Shown: positions 39,592 through 52,947 of the stretch, in pieces | Layout: every line of letters starts with the position of its first letter | How positions within the stretch are numbered: the first letter of the stretch is position 1 | DNA from: the human T2T-CHM13v2.0 reference genome, Homo sapiens | DNA length: 64,000 nt | Direction: 5' to 3' (one strand) | NCBI RefSeq assembly: GCF_009914755.1 | Contig: NC_060925.1 | Notes under the pieces: generated by a model | The model's input: only the letters and a program-made list of their open reading frames with translations | The model's database searches: none | Told to the model about the DNA's origin: nothing | Program-made: the position numbers and the translations under genes

Positions 39592-39687
39592 TTTTCTTTT
39601 TCTTTTTTTTTTTAACTCAAAAACATCCACAGGTGAATTCAGCAGTTTAAGTCCCCCTTGAACTCAGTTTACTCCTTCTGTTCCCAA
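39592..39687 (-). repeat. Intronic 73-bp copy of the ADORA3 3' UTR end plus A-rich tail
   Basis: 39615-39687 matches 38130-38202 at 70/73 nt. Confidence 0.9.
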
Positions 39688-40670
39688 TAAGGTGTAAGCC
39701 TAAGAATTATTCAGTTCCTGGGAGCTGAGATTCATCTAAGTCTCCTAGGATTGTCTGCCTGGTGAGAAATGATATTCTCAAAGCAAGCTTGCCTGCTGTT
39801 CTTGGCACTGTTCTGTTTGGCTGTTGTGCAGATTCTCATAAATTATACTATGCCTCCCCGACACTTCCCCTCTACCTGTGCCTGCTCCTGCTTCTCTATC
39901 TTCATGGGCATCCATACTTGGTATTTGAGTTAAATGAATCAATGAAGTTACAAAATTGTATTGAAGTGTTTCAGAGACCTTAAAGGACAGTAAGAGTAAG
40001 AGTCCCCATTGCTCCTTAAACTGTCCTTCCTGACAGCAGCCTATACAGACCACAAAAAGGAAACAAATATAGTTAAGTATCAGTAGATTTTTATCTCAAT
40101 TAAATCTCACAACAAACAGGAGATATTTTATTATAACCTCAATTTTATTGATGGCAATTGTGAAAATAATAGTAATGATAGCCACCATTTATTGAGCACA
40201 GACTGTGTGACAGGTATGTTTCTAAAAGCTTTACATATGTTAACGCATTTCATTTTATGAGGATAGTGCAATTATCCCCATTTTGTAGATTAAAAAGTGA
40301 AACACAAACAAGTAACTTCTACAAGTTAGAAGTGGTGGGGCTAAAACTAAAACAAGGTAAGTCTGAGTTCCGAGCATCGTAACCACTGTGATACAGAGTG
40401 GAAACCAAAGGAGATAAAGTTAAACAACTTGTTCAAGATCAGATCTCTAATCTGGGATTTGAACCCAGACTGTCTACATCTAAAGCTTGTTTGTAGCTCC
40501 CTCACTCTGCTCTTTCCTCCAGAGAAGTGACGAGAAACACGAGACCAATGCAATTTAGGTCACCCGGGGAAGTAGATTTCTCCATTTGGCAGTTCGTTCT
40601 ATTCATATGGTCACATGTAATGAAGAATATTTTTACGAAAAAAGCTCTCACATCTCAGGAGGAGGAGGAA

Positions 40671-41199
40671 AAATATACATATATATAGGATATATATATT
40701 TATTATATTATATATAGGATATATATTTAATATAATAAATATATAGGATATATATATTATAATAAATATATAGGATATATATATTATAATAAATATATAT
40801 AGGAGATATATATTTAATATAATAAATATATAGGATATATATTTATTATAATAAATATATAGGATATATATTTATTATAATAAATATATAGGATATATAT
40901 ATTATAATAAATATATAGGATATATATTCATTATAATGAATATATAGGATATATATTTATTATAATGAATATATATAGGATACATATATTTATTATAATG
41001 AATATATATAGGATACATATATTTATTATAATGAATATATATAGGATACATATATTTATTATAATGAATATATATAGGATACATATATTTATTATAATGA
41101 ATATATATAGGATACATATATTTATTATAATAAATATATATAGGATATATATATTTATTATAATAAATATATATATATTGGAATATATATATATTCCAA
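40671..41199. repeat. AT-rich minisatellite (~28-33 bp unit) in ADORA3 intron
   Basis: Tandem atatatataggatacatatatttattataatga units. Confidence 0.95.
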
Positions 41200-41689
41200 G
41201 AATCCCTTTCTCAACATTGAAGTAGGCACAGAATAGGAAGCAAAGATAAAATAATAACCTACATTTGCAAAACAACAGAACCATCAGTTTATCTCCTCTT
41301 ATGTTTATCTGCCTGCTTCTCCTAAAATAATAAGTCTTATCTAGTAGGCTTTTATCATTTCTAAAACTGAAGAGCATTTTTTACTAATTAAAGATGCATC
41401 AAGATTTCATCATTTTTAGCCAAGGATTAGTAATTACAGCTGGAGGGATTGAGCACCCACCCCTAGTCAGTGGAGAAAGGATTGGAGCATTCCTCTGATT
41501 CTAGCTCCTGAGTCCCAGCCCATTGATGCTAACCCCCTCACAGACCATATCACAAAAAGACACTTATTGCCCTCTTTCAACATCAAGGGCCAATTTGGAT
41601 ACATTTTTACTCAAAAAGTCTGGGCTCTGGGCTTTGTAGCCTCATTTCCCAGCTGCCTCAATTGCTGCCCACCCCACGCCGCAGGCTAC

Positions 41690-42039
41690 CTGACGGTAAG
41701 CTTGACCCGCAAGTATCGGTCCACAGCGATGGCCAGCAAGGACATGATGGAGGCGTGGGTAAAGATAAGCAGTAGGCAAGTCATAAAAAGGCAGCTGTAG
41801 AAGTGGATTGTGATGCCCAGGCTGACAACAATGGCCAAAGGCATGACCAGCACCCCAACAGCAATGTCAGCCAGGGCTAGAGAGACAATGAAATAGAAGG
41901 TGGTGGTCTGCAGGCTGGGGTTCAGCTTGACCACGCAGATGACCAGCACGTTGCCCACTATGGCGCAGAGTCCAATGAAAATTTCCATGGTGATGTAGGT
42001 AACATTGGCCAATGACAGAGCAGTGCTGTTGTTGGGCAT
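41690..42039 (-). CDS. ADORA3: Adenosine A3 receptor exon 1 ([13 protein letters not shown]...[13 protein letters not shown]), TM1-TM3; shared with the TMIGD3 chimera
   Basis: GN, LALAD and DRY motifs; ATG in aagATGc; AG|gtagcc donor, phase 2. Confidence 0.98.
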
Positions 42040-42900
42040 CTTGCCTTCCCAGGGGAACCTCCACAGGGACAGGTGAGCCAGCAAGATCCGTCTGTAGGGC
42101 CAGTGGGCCTAGCTCTCGCCAGACGTCTTCCCAGAGGTCCATGTGCAGTGACAGTCTAAAATTCCCAACTTGCTCATTCCTACCCTTTTCTGGTGGGGTG
42201 ATCTCTTGGAAACCCTTCTCCTTAGAAAGGGCTCATCACAGGTGGGTCACTTCCAGCCCGTTTATGCACCGCACATCCTCAAGTTTCCAGAATGCTGTAG
42301 GACAGCTCTATATGGACTGAATCTGAAAGTGCTGCTGCTCTTAGTTCCCCAAACAGATGTCCTCAACGCCTCTGCCTGCAGCTTTTTGGCTTTTTGAGTT
42401 CCATCAAGATAAGCAACCCTCTTCAGGGGTGTTTCAGGAAGTGAGATGGGCCAAGAGGAAGTACAGAGCTCAGAACTCTCAGCAAAAAGATGGAAAGAGC
42501 AGAAGAGGAGCCATGAGTGGCATAGAGAAGGCTCGAGACAAGATTGGGTATCAGAGTTCATTCATTCAGGGACCAGAGGACAGTGCAGGATCAGGTGGGA
42601 GCGGAGCTGGAAGCACTGATTATGCAATCTTTCTGCCAGCTTAGCAAAAAGATCTCATGATAAGGAGGCAAACGGGAGAAGCAGAGGAACAAAAAAGAGA
42701 CTTTGGTGGCAGCCTCCTAACCTTAGCCAGAACTATTCCTGCTAAGTTCTTGCACGAGTTGACGCTTTGCTGAGCACAGCCGATACCCAGCCTTTGCAGC
42801 AAAGATCCTTGGTCAAAGGGATAAGCAAAGATTCCCTGCTCAGAAGGGCAAAAACTCAGCACCTCTGAGAAGCATCACACCTGCTTAGCCTCCACCTCTC
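42040..42900 (-). promoter_or_regulatory. ADORA3: ADORA3 5' UTR / proximal promoter region
   Basis: Repeat-free stretch with PU.1/ETS-like CAGGAAGTG (42435) and AGAGGAAGT (42454); TSS cannot be fixed from sequence. Confidence 0.55.
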
Positions 42901-45582
42901 TTTCTCAGCTCACACCCTAGCAAAATCACACTGGCACTTATGCTGGCAGCCGGCCAATGTCCAACCTATGTGAGGAACGACAGAATAGCAGAATGACCAG
43001 ACATACAGAAAGAAGGGAAAAGAACGTGTGCAACAGAATCAAATGGCATATCCTCCTGCCCACATTCCCCAAGCCTCAGCCCCATCCCCGCAGGAACAGG
43101 CGACTGTCTGGGAATCAGCCCCCTCTCCCTGAAGCTGCTTACCTAGTCACCAACTTCTGGGAACCAGACACTTGCACGCCATAGTTATTTGGGGACCCAC
43201 TTGGTTCAGGTGCTTCTCAGCACCATCCAAAGGGATTATTTTAACCAGGCGTGTTAGAGAGGCAGCAAGAAGGAACACTTGGACCCAAACCCACACAGTG
43301 GCTTGAGGGCTTTATCATTTTTACCTTAAGCATCTAAATATGTACAGCCCAAAATAAAATTCAGCAGTAACAACAATGGCGTTCTGGTGTTTACTAACAA
43401 ACACTTCGGAGTGGGGCATAAGGGAGACGCCTCTGCCTGGGGCTCATCAGGGTCCTCTTGTTAGTTGATCTGCTCTGGCATCATTCATTGATTCCACTCC
43501 CGACCCCCACCCTGTATCCCAAGTTGATCCAAGTCTTACCAAATCCCATACTTGTCCCCGCCAGACTTGTCATTTCTCCCTGAGCAGACTCCCCAGACAT
43601 TAAAAAGGGCAGTCCTCTCCAACTGAATTTCCATCATTCTAGTATTTTCCAATGTCAGTTCTGCCCACATCCCTGCACTGCTGGAACTTGAAAAGCTTCA
43701 TCGGCCTCCAATGTGTCCCTCATAAATGTTTCTACTGTAATTGTTTTCTTTATCTGTGCTTCAGAGAAGGAAGTTACCAAGAGAAATTTCTAGGAGGCAG
43801 CACTCTGCCAAAAAAAAAAAAAAAAAAAAAAAAGAAGCCTTTCTCACTATATAGCACTCTTTGAACCTTAGTTAAATACTGCAAAAAACCCTCCCTCCCC
43901 TACCCCAGTACATAGGTGAGTTCTTTTGGAATCAGTCCATCTCAGCTGGGTCAGAGAAACCAAGGAAAGGGGTTTGTGTCCAAACACAGCATGCTGTAGG
44001 CAAGATACCACATGAAAGAATAACCCACTAGAGAGAATAAAGGCAGGAGACACACTTAGGGTCACCAGCCCAGCCACCTCTGCCCATCTGGGAATTCTAC
44101 CCTCAGAATTCTCTGCACATACCATGGGGGTTTCTTTTCTGTGAACAAGAGAAGCCCTTCCTTCATGTTCTCTGAATAGACAAGGTCCATCAGTGCTGGG
44201 TGGGGTGATTTGAGAACAGAGGAGAAGGACTTTCACAGTCACTTAACATTTTGGCCTGGAACCTGACCGTAGATTGAAAACCAAAAGGCAATCTGGGAAA
44301 GAGGACAGAGAGGCTGGGGCAGAAGGTCACTTCATTTGCCCATTCCTACCGCTGCACCCACAGCCCATGGCGCACAGCCACTCTTGGTCATGTGCCTCAT
44401 CACATCTCAAGTAGGAGATGCTGCAGCCTCCTACTCGGTGCCTCAGGCAACCAGAGGAACCACGCCAGAGCTCCATGCCCAGGATGACCCCTGCCCCTTC
44501 TAAACCATTTGGTCTGCACATTGCCTTAGGATCAAGTCCAGACTCCTTAGAGTGGCTTATACCCTTCTGATGGGTCTCCCAGCCTCTGCAGTCTCCTGTC
44601 ACCTGGGTCCGCACAGACACCATTGGCTGCACTAGACTGAGCAACTCGTGGCTCAGAGTCATTCTCTTTCACTTCCTCTCCCCTGTGCACACACTCTTTG
44701 TCTGGTTTGCAGGGCCCTTCTCCCCCAAGTCCATCTAGAAAACAAATACTTTTCCTCCAAGACTGTTACCCAACAGGACCTTGAAGAAAACTTCCCAGTC
44801 TTCACCTCTCCTCTGGGACCACACTGTGCTGTGTGTATATGACTTCCCCGCTTAGCCTGTAAGTTCCTGGAGGACAGGGACCACCACTTTCCATTTCTGC
44901 ATTTCTCGCCCCTACTATGATGCCTGGCAGATCATGGGTGCTCAGTACATTTTTGATGAATGAATAGGAAAGCACTTCAGTGAATCAGGTGGCATAAACT
45001 AGGCATTGGGTATATAAGGAAACAATAAATCAGCGAGGACTCTTAAGTGCTCTGCATCATACCAACTACTCAGTGTTAAGCAGCTTCTATTCACAGACTC
45101 ATTCAATGCTCTCGAATGAAATAGATACTACCATTATGCTGAGCAAGTTGAGACTCTGCGGGGTTAAATAACTTGCCCAAAGTTGTAAGCTAGGCAGTGG
45201 CGAAGCCAGCATTCAAACCCAGGCTTCTGCTTCGGAGCCCAGGTTCTGAATGGCAGCCCTCAGTAAGTAAATGAGCAAATAAACTCTACAAACCTTTCAA
45301 AAGTACAAGGAGTCCCTGGGTTTGATGTTGCCATGCTATCAAAATCAGTAGAGATCAGTATTCTCAGATCTAAAAAAGAAAGTAGCCACCAAGACTATGG
45401 GCACAAAGCACAAGTATAATGTAGATTTGGCAACTGCTCTGAGCTAGGAAGAGATGGCAGGACCAGAGAGATGACTGCATGAGCAGGTCGCTGGTAAGGC
45501 TGGGGCCCCAAGGTGAGCTCTGGGCCAGAAAGGAAACCATTTTTATTGGATCAAGGTACAATTTTTTTCTTAAAAACAAAAA

Positions 45583-45696
45583 ATATATATATATATATAT
45601 TATATATATATATATACACACACACACATATATATACACACACATATATATACACACACACACACATATACATATATATACATATATACACACACA

Positions 45697-45737
<41 letters not shown>

Positions 45738-45738
45738 G
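45583..45738. repeat. Compound (TA)n/(CA)n/(TG)n microsatellite
   Basis: Near-uninterrupted alternating purine-pyrimidine tract. Confidence 0.95.
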
Positions 45739-45817
45739 TTAACTGTAGTTAACTGTGGTTCAGGAGAATTTCCCACCTAAAAGAAAGGCCATGGCTGTTT
45801 TCAATTTTACTAGAAGA

Positions 45818-45935
45818 GGCTGGGTGTGGTGGCTCAGCCTGCAACCTTAGCACTTTGGGAGGCTGAGGTGAGAGGATTGCTTGAGGCCAGGAGCTCAAGA
45901 CCAACCTGGCCAACATACTGAGACCCCACCTCTAT
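45818..45935 (+). mobile_element. Alu monomer (FLAM-like)
   Basis: ggctgggtgtggtggctca...ggccaacatactgagaccccacctcta. Confidence 0.85.
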
Positions 45936-47060
45936 TTTTTTTTTAATTAAAAATAAATTTTAAAATTCTACTAAAAGAACCTGAACTCCATCAGGGAAGC
46001 AAAGATCTAGGAGAAACCATTGGCTTAAATCACAGGAAGAGTGACTGGAGGGGAAAGGCCTCACCTGTCCCAAACCCTGGCCTGGGGCCTACTTGGGTCT
46101 GATGCCACTGGGCACAGCTCAACCACAAGGCTGCAACCTTGCCCTTGGGGTTCCGCTTAATAATCTGAGAGGCTGGCAGCAGAGATGATTCATCTGATCC
46201 TTTGCAGCTTCTCAGAAAACCCTAAAAAACCCCAGTTGCCAGCCTACAAAAACAGCAAGATGCAGTGTTAGCAGGAGCCCAGGGAAAAGGCCTCTGGAGC
46301 CCTAGAGCTGGTCCACGGGCAGCTAAGACCGGATGTCAGGCAGGCGAAAGGTGGGGCTTCTGCCCAAGGCTGTCTCCCACCCCACGGCTGTCTGCAGAGT
46401 TGCACAAAATCAGCTTGCTCACTTCCTCTTGGCCCCATCACCACTTCCCCAAAGCCTTACATTTTTATAGAGCTTCATGTTTGCTAGCCGACAGCTGAGG
46501 CTTAGAAAAGACAAGTGCTCAGGGTCAGCCCTGAAGGTGGCGCTTCCTAGGCCCCTCCCCCACCACTCTCCGGGCTCTGCCTCTCCATCAAGCGCCGGGG
46601 GTCAGGCTGGGCTTTCCCGCGCCGGGGGCTGATCTGGAGCCTCTGTCCACACGGGCCTTCTAACCAGGGCCCAGCCACTGAGGCCAATCCAAGGAGCCCA
46701 AGACTCACAGGCTGTAGTCTGAGCACAAGGAGTTTCACTCCATGCCAGTGTTGGTGGGAGGGAGGGTGAGGCCTGGAAAGGGAGGTCAAGGTTCCTTCAC
46801 TCTGAGCAACAGGAAATCCTGCCCCACGAAGGGGAGCTGCTCTGGGCGCTCAGCCTCACCCACCAGACCCCCCCACCCACACCGAGTGTGTCAGGAGGTC
46901 TCCAGGCCCTGGGGGAAAGAGAAGGGTTCAGCTAACTGAACTCAAGGCACTCAGAAAGTGAGGAAGCGTTTCAGCTGCCGGAGACTTAGCACGGTAGCGT
47001 CAGCTTCAAGTGTCTGAAAGAGTGACTCCTGCGTCCCAGCTGAGGCGCTATGCTCAATGG

Positions 47061-47079
47061 TGGCCACCAGAGGGCAGCA
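47061..47079 (+). promoter_or_regulatory. CTCF binding motif in a CpG-enriched islet (46540-47120)
   Basis: TGGCCACCAGAGGGCAGCA, near-perfect CTCF core. Confidence 0.8.
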
Positions 47080-47491
47080 CGTTTCTGTTGTCACTCGGGA
47101 CCCAGGCTGCTGCCGAGAAAGAAAACGGGAAGAACTTGAAACGCTCCTTTGAAACTGCTTAACCAGCAACCTCAGATGGTGCAGAAAATGAAAGAAGTGA
47201 GAATCAAGGGAAGGCAAAGGGGTCGAGAATAGGTAGCCAACTGCCTGAAGTCAATCCAATCCCATAGAATATTCCTGGGCAGTACCAAATTCAGTCCTCC
47301 TGACTCCAGAAGGTTGAGAAGCAGCTTTGCCTTTCAAACCTGTGACTGTTCCAATAAACACAGTATTTGTGTTTTGCTTTGTCATGTGCAAAGCTCCTCC
47401 CACAATCAACTTTACTGAATTAACTCAACAACCCCACAAGGCAGGTATCATCAATCTCATCAGAATGAATGACCTGCTCAGGATCATACAC

Positions 47492-47903
<412 letters not shown>

Positions 47904-50348
47904 TCATTGATCCTTCCCTTGGCACCTGTCAACCTCTGACCTATCCTTCCCCTCTTGTGAGCTCAGGTCCCACTGGTCAATTTTCCCAGCCTTTGCTGGA
48001 GAGCTTCCAAGATTTCTCCAAATGCCCTCATGTCTCTTGGCCACCCAGCCTCCTCTTTATCACAGTCCTAGGCTTCTGGGTGCTCAGGCCGGGTGTCCCC
48101 ACCCCTATCACAGTGGTAGGGCCTCATCCCTTGATTTCACCCAGGAAGACTTTGGATCCTGGTGTTGATTCTCATGCCCTTTATCTAAACACCGGGAGGC
48201 GTAGGAATGAGTTCTGGATATACCAACTACTGATCCCAAATGTTTACAGTAGGGCAATGTCCTGGTCTCCTTCTTTTAACCTGCTACCTACCAAATGGGA
48301 CAAAACTTCTTACGGAATTGCATGCAAACCTTACCGCCACAGTGGGAGATAAGCAACCTTCTGATTTTGATGGCATGTGTCTTCCCCTCCTACTGCACAA
48401 GGTCATTTCGTAATTATTACTGTAAGAGCTGCCATTGATAAAATGCCAATTCACATGTGCCAGGCACTATGCCAGGTGTTTTGCATACATCACTCACAAT
48501 TCTATATCAGTCCTGCTGGGAAGTATTATTAGATCCATTTCACAGATAGAAAACTAAGGCTAGGAGAGAATTGACTCACTCTGGGCAGCACAGCAGCAAA
48601 TGGCAGAGCTAGGGCCTGAACCCAAGTCTATCTTGGCTGCAAAGCCCTGGCTCTTTCAATGAGCCACACAAAAACAGTCCAATATCAATTATGCCAAAAC
48701 CCAAATTGCCATTTTGGGCAGACATTCTTCAGTATCCTAATGGGTAGACTTGCTTCCTAGGCTGGGCCAGATATTGAAGGCTGTGCATTCTGTGTCAATT
48801 GTCTACTCTCCAGCTCCTGTCAAAGCTCAGCCAAGAGTTTTATTCCAGGCCCATGGAGAGCAGCCAACAGGCCCTTCCTCTACACTCCCTACCCGCAACT
48901 CCTGCATCTACTCCCTGATCAGACAACAGCACTGCAAAACCGTTTTACTTTAGTTCCCTGCTGAAATGTCTTCCCAGATGACCTTAGTCCCTCTGCTTTG
49001 TATGAAAGGTTAATATAAAAAAACTGTACTATGAAGTATGTCTCGGTGTTTCATCATGATCGAAAATACTATCTGTTGCTATGTCTCTTACATAAAGTTT
49101 CATAGGATAAATTTCTCTGAGGAGTTTTAGTGCTAGAAAAGAGGTCGTTTTTCTTAATAAACTAGACTGCCTTGTTCATCTGGTTAGTGGCAGAGCTTTG
49201 TCCCATTCATTTGTGTGTGAGCAGCCAGGAGTGTCAGAGCCGATGTTCGGTCTCGGTAATCACACTTGGCTTAGGTTTTCTAGGATGCCTTTGTGCCCCA
49301 TATCATTCCTTGGCTACCGGTGTTTTAATAATTCTGTCAGGCCCTGTTTTTCATGAGGAGCTGCACATCATTTTTGGCAGTGTGCAAGGTATAAGAAATG
49401 ACTCCATAGAACTCACATTAGAAGGAGTACGCGTTTATTTTCAGGCATATTGCAGGTTGATTGGTCCAGTCTGTCATGCAGGGATACCTGTCACTACCCC
49501 CATGATTTGGGGGTGAGGATTTTTTTCTCCCACAAGTGGTCCAAAATGACATTTTCGATGATCAATTTTGGCAAAAGAGAAAAAACTGATGAGACTGAAA
49601 ATGTCCCCTCATTTGAAGTGAGTCTTTTAATACAGCACTCACGGGCACCCACATCCAGCAATATTTAGGAAATGCTTCCTTAGGAATCGCACTGGGTAAA
49701 CCATAATGCTATCATTCCCCCAGGAAGAATGTATTTTTATTGATGTGCACCCCACCTATTTCCACAAAGTACTGAAGTTACTGTCAGGCTGAGTTGATGG
49801 CTTCTTCCTCTACACGCCCACATCGCTTTACACATTCCTCTCTTGGAGCACTTACTACACTATTCTGTAGTTATTTATTTACATGACTGCTTCTCCCGCT
49901 AGCTGGTAAACTCCTTAAATGTAGAAATTATGTCTTATTCATTTTTATGTCTTCCTCCCACTTCCCTTCTCCCCAAAGCATGAAGATCCTAAAATATACC
50001 TGCCACAGAAGAAACCTGCAATAAATTCCAGTTGAATGTATTATGTAGTACTCTCAGGTCTGTCTTCTCCTTCCCTGTAAGAATGCTGGCTATACCTCTC
50101 TATGTCCAGTGAGGAATCAGAAGGGATATTTGGAAGACCTCTTCCTCAACAAAAAGTAGGTTTTTGCATCTTCTAACTTCAATCACAAACCACTACAGAT
50201 AGAAAACACCACGTGACCTATTTGGGTCTAGTTAAAGGAAACCTCAGACAGAATGTCTAATATTTACATTACAGTTGCTATTTCAGCATTTTTACCTATA
50301 ACAACCATTTCATTCCCTCATCTCTGTGATCTATCTCAAATGGTGCCC

Positions 50349-50353
<5 letters not shown>

Positions 50354-50385
<32 letters not shown>
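50354..50385. repeat. (CA)n microsatellite
   Basis: Pure AC run. Confidence 0.95.
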
Positions 50386-50388
<3 letters not shown>

Positions 50389-52947
50389 CACATGCTCTTT
50401 CCATCCTCTCTGTTTATTTCCTATGCCACACCTTTCGCAGTCAGAGCTCATTTGTTCATTTACTTGTCTTTGGTCTGTCCCCTTGCTTGTCTTGTTCACA
50501 ATTCTATCTGCCAGACCTGGAACCACCTCTGGCCCTAGTTACCAGCTTAGTCTGACACATTACTCCTGATCACTGACCACTGATCTTGCCCCAAATCACA
50601 GTGTTCATGATGGGGTTTTTAGGACACAACACATTTGGAGTAAGATGTAACACCAGAGGGAACGGAGGCCCAGAGTAGCCAGTTCAGGGTCAAAACTAGA
50701 AAAGCAGCCAGGTTTCTTTGCTAGCAAGCCCCCTTCACTGGCTCGTTTGTCACTCTGTCCCCGTTTTCTGAAACCTGGGCCAAAGAGCTTAGGGCCCTCC
50801 AATCAAGCACACAGCTGACCCTTCCTTCTTCATCACTGCACTTGCCCTTTGCCAGTTGGCCAGTCAACCCATGCTAGTGGGTAGAATAGTGGGTGCTAAT
50901 CAGTTACATTACCCACATCAGCAGTGCCCTTCAGGCCCTCTCAAGCTGTGCCTAATTGATGTTCAGCTGCAGTGAGACACAGCCACCTGTGCGTCCAGCA
51001 TGGCACGCACTCTAGTGCCTCCTCACTGGGCATCAGGCCCGCCCCACTCCACTTACCCCAACGTGCTCCAGAGGAGAAATCACTGTCAGGCTCCAGCCAT
51101 GTGTTTCTGAATATGCTGTGTCTTTCTTATTTTGAACTCTGTGTCTAAATGGATGACCTTAGCCAAACTGCTTAATCTCTGTGCCTTCATTTCCCCCTTT
51201 GATAAATAAGATACCCCTCTGCGGACTGGATGAAGTAACCCAGGCACAGCAGTTAGCACAGCACTTGGTCCCCTGCACCACCACCTTGGGCAGCTACCAG
51301 GAATGTGAGTGCTGCAGCTGGGTGGGGTTGGGGGTTGATGTTTCACTATCAGAGCCACTCCAGTGCCCAACCAGTGCTCCACTTCCACTTACAAGGTGCT
51401 TGGTAGAGGTTGAATTAAAGGAAAGTCATTCCACACCCACCACCCTGTGGGCTACTGAACTGTGAGATACAGACTTGTTGGGAAGCCACAGGGGTGTGTT
51501 CCATAGACCCTGTGTTTCTGAAGGGCTGATTGTCTCAGTCTTTCTCTGGAGGTGCTCTATCCCTGTTCCAACTGCCCCAGTGGTACCTCCAGCTTTAGAA
51601 ATAGGAAGTATCCAAAAGAGACTGTGGGAGGCAGTACCATTTTCCTCTCTTTTCTCCACCCTTGCCAAGAAGCAGTGGTTTGTCAGCATAAGCAGGCCTG
51701 CTGGGTGGACTTTGCGAACCCCGGGGAAAGGCTGCCCCAGGTCTGACAGTTCACAGCTTCCAGACATTTAGTCTTCCAGGTCACCAGCCCCCAAGAGCCA
51801 CCCAGGCCACCTCAGTTGCTGCAGGTGAAGCCCTCTAAGGGCCAGATATCAAGAACTAGAGTATTCAGAGCAATAATCACAGTTTCTGTTTCTTGAGTGT
51901 CATTCATTTTAGAAGGCCTGGCGGATCACTCAGCACTACTCACTGCTATAAAGGGGCCACCTCCTGCACAGGGTGTGAGGGTTGCTGAATAAACAGCAAC
52001 AAGTGGGGATATTACAGCCAACCCCAGCCAAAACAACTGCACATCGGCAAACACGGAGGCACATGAGGCCAGTAATTTAATTTGCATTACATTTATTTGT
52101 ATTTTCTCTTGACCTGAAATACAAAACATCCTCTAATCTTTCATTAACCCTGGAAACATTTCTGCTTTCAAAGAAGTAAATAAATAAAATTTATTCTAGG
52201 TTGGGAGTTTAGCCTCAGGGCTGGGCTGGGGAGCCAGGCTCTCCATTCTCTCCCAGGCCTCCAAGATAAAATCTCATTCTGTCCTTGTCCCTCTAAGATA
52301 AGTCAACTGGCCTGCTCAGTCCCAGAGGAAAGTTCGACACGGTTTCAGTGACCGTGACTTCAGCAGGGCCAACAGAACTCTAGGTCACTGCAGATGGTCC
52401 ATCCTATGCCCCCTCCCTCCCTCTACCCCACCCACGCCTAGTGCCCATGACTAGGGCTTTTTGTGTTATCTCGGAGTTGGTGCCCTCTCCATTTCCTGCC
52501 AATAATGCTAGCTGTTGTTTCTGAGCAAATGGAACAAATGACCAACGTGAACTCTATGCTGTCTGCAAACTGGAAACATCTGCAGGGAGGCAGGGCATCC
52601 CCTAGTTGGGGTGCGGTTGCATGGGAGCTGGTGGGAGGGGCTGTGGGAAGAAGGTCCAAGAATCTCAGGGAGGAGGGCAAAGGGTGAAGCCTCAACAGAA
52701 AACTGCACATAGGCACATGGGCCTCACAACCCCGTCCCTTCTTTTACTTTCCAAACATTCACTCTTTGCAGTGTCTTGACCAAATGAAGGGAGGATGCAC
52801 ATACCCTTTTATAAATATCATTTAAGATGTTAAACTCTTGTGTGGTAAAGCCAAAATGGCTCGTAGAAAGCAATAGGTGCAACTCGCCATTTCAGAGATG
52901 ATGACAAAGGCCCAAAGAGGGAGTAGATGTAGTAGCTACAAGTAAAG

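Noticed and set aside
40902-41377. Repetitive ORFs (MYPIYIHYNKY)n; CRISPR-like periodicity
   Set aside because: Translation of a tandem minisatellite with no unique spacers.
41686-42084. N-terminally extended ADORA3 (MLAHLS...)
   Set aside because: The ORF track starts at a TTG; the real start is ATG 42039 in good context.
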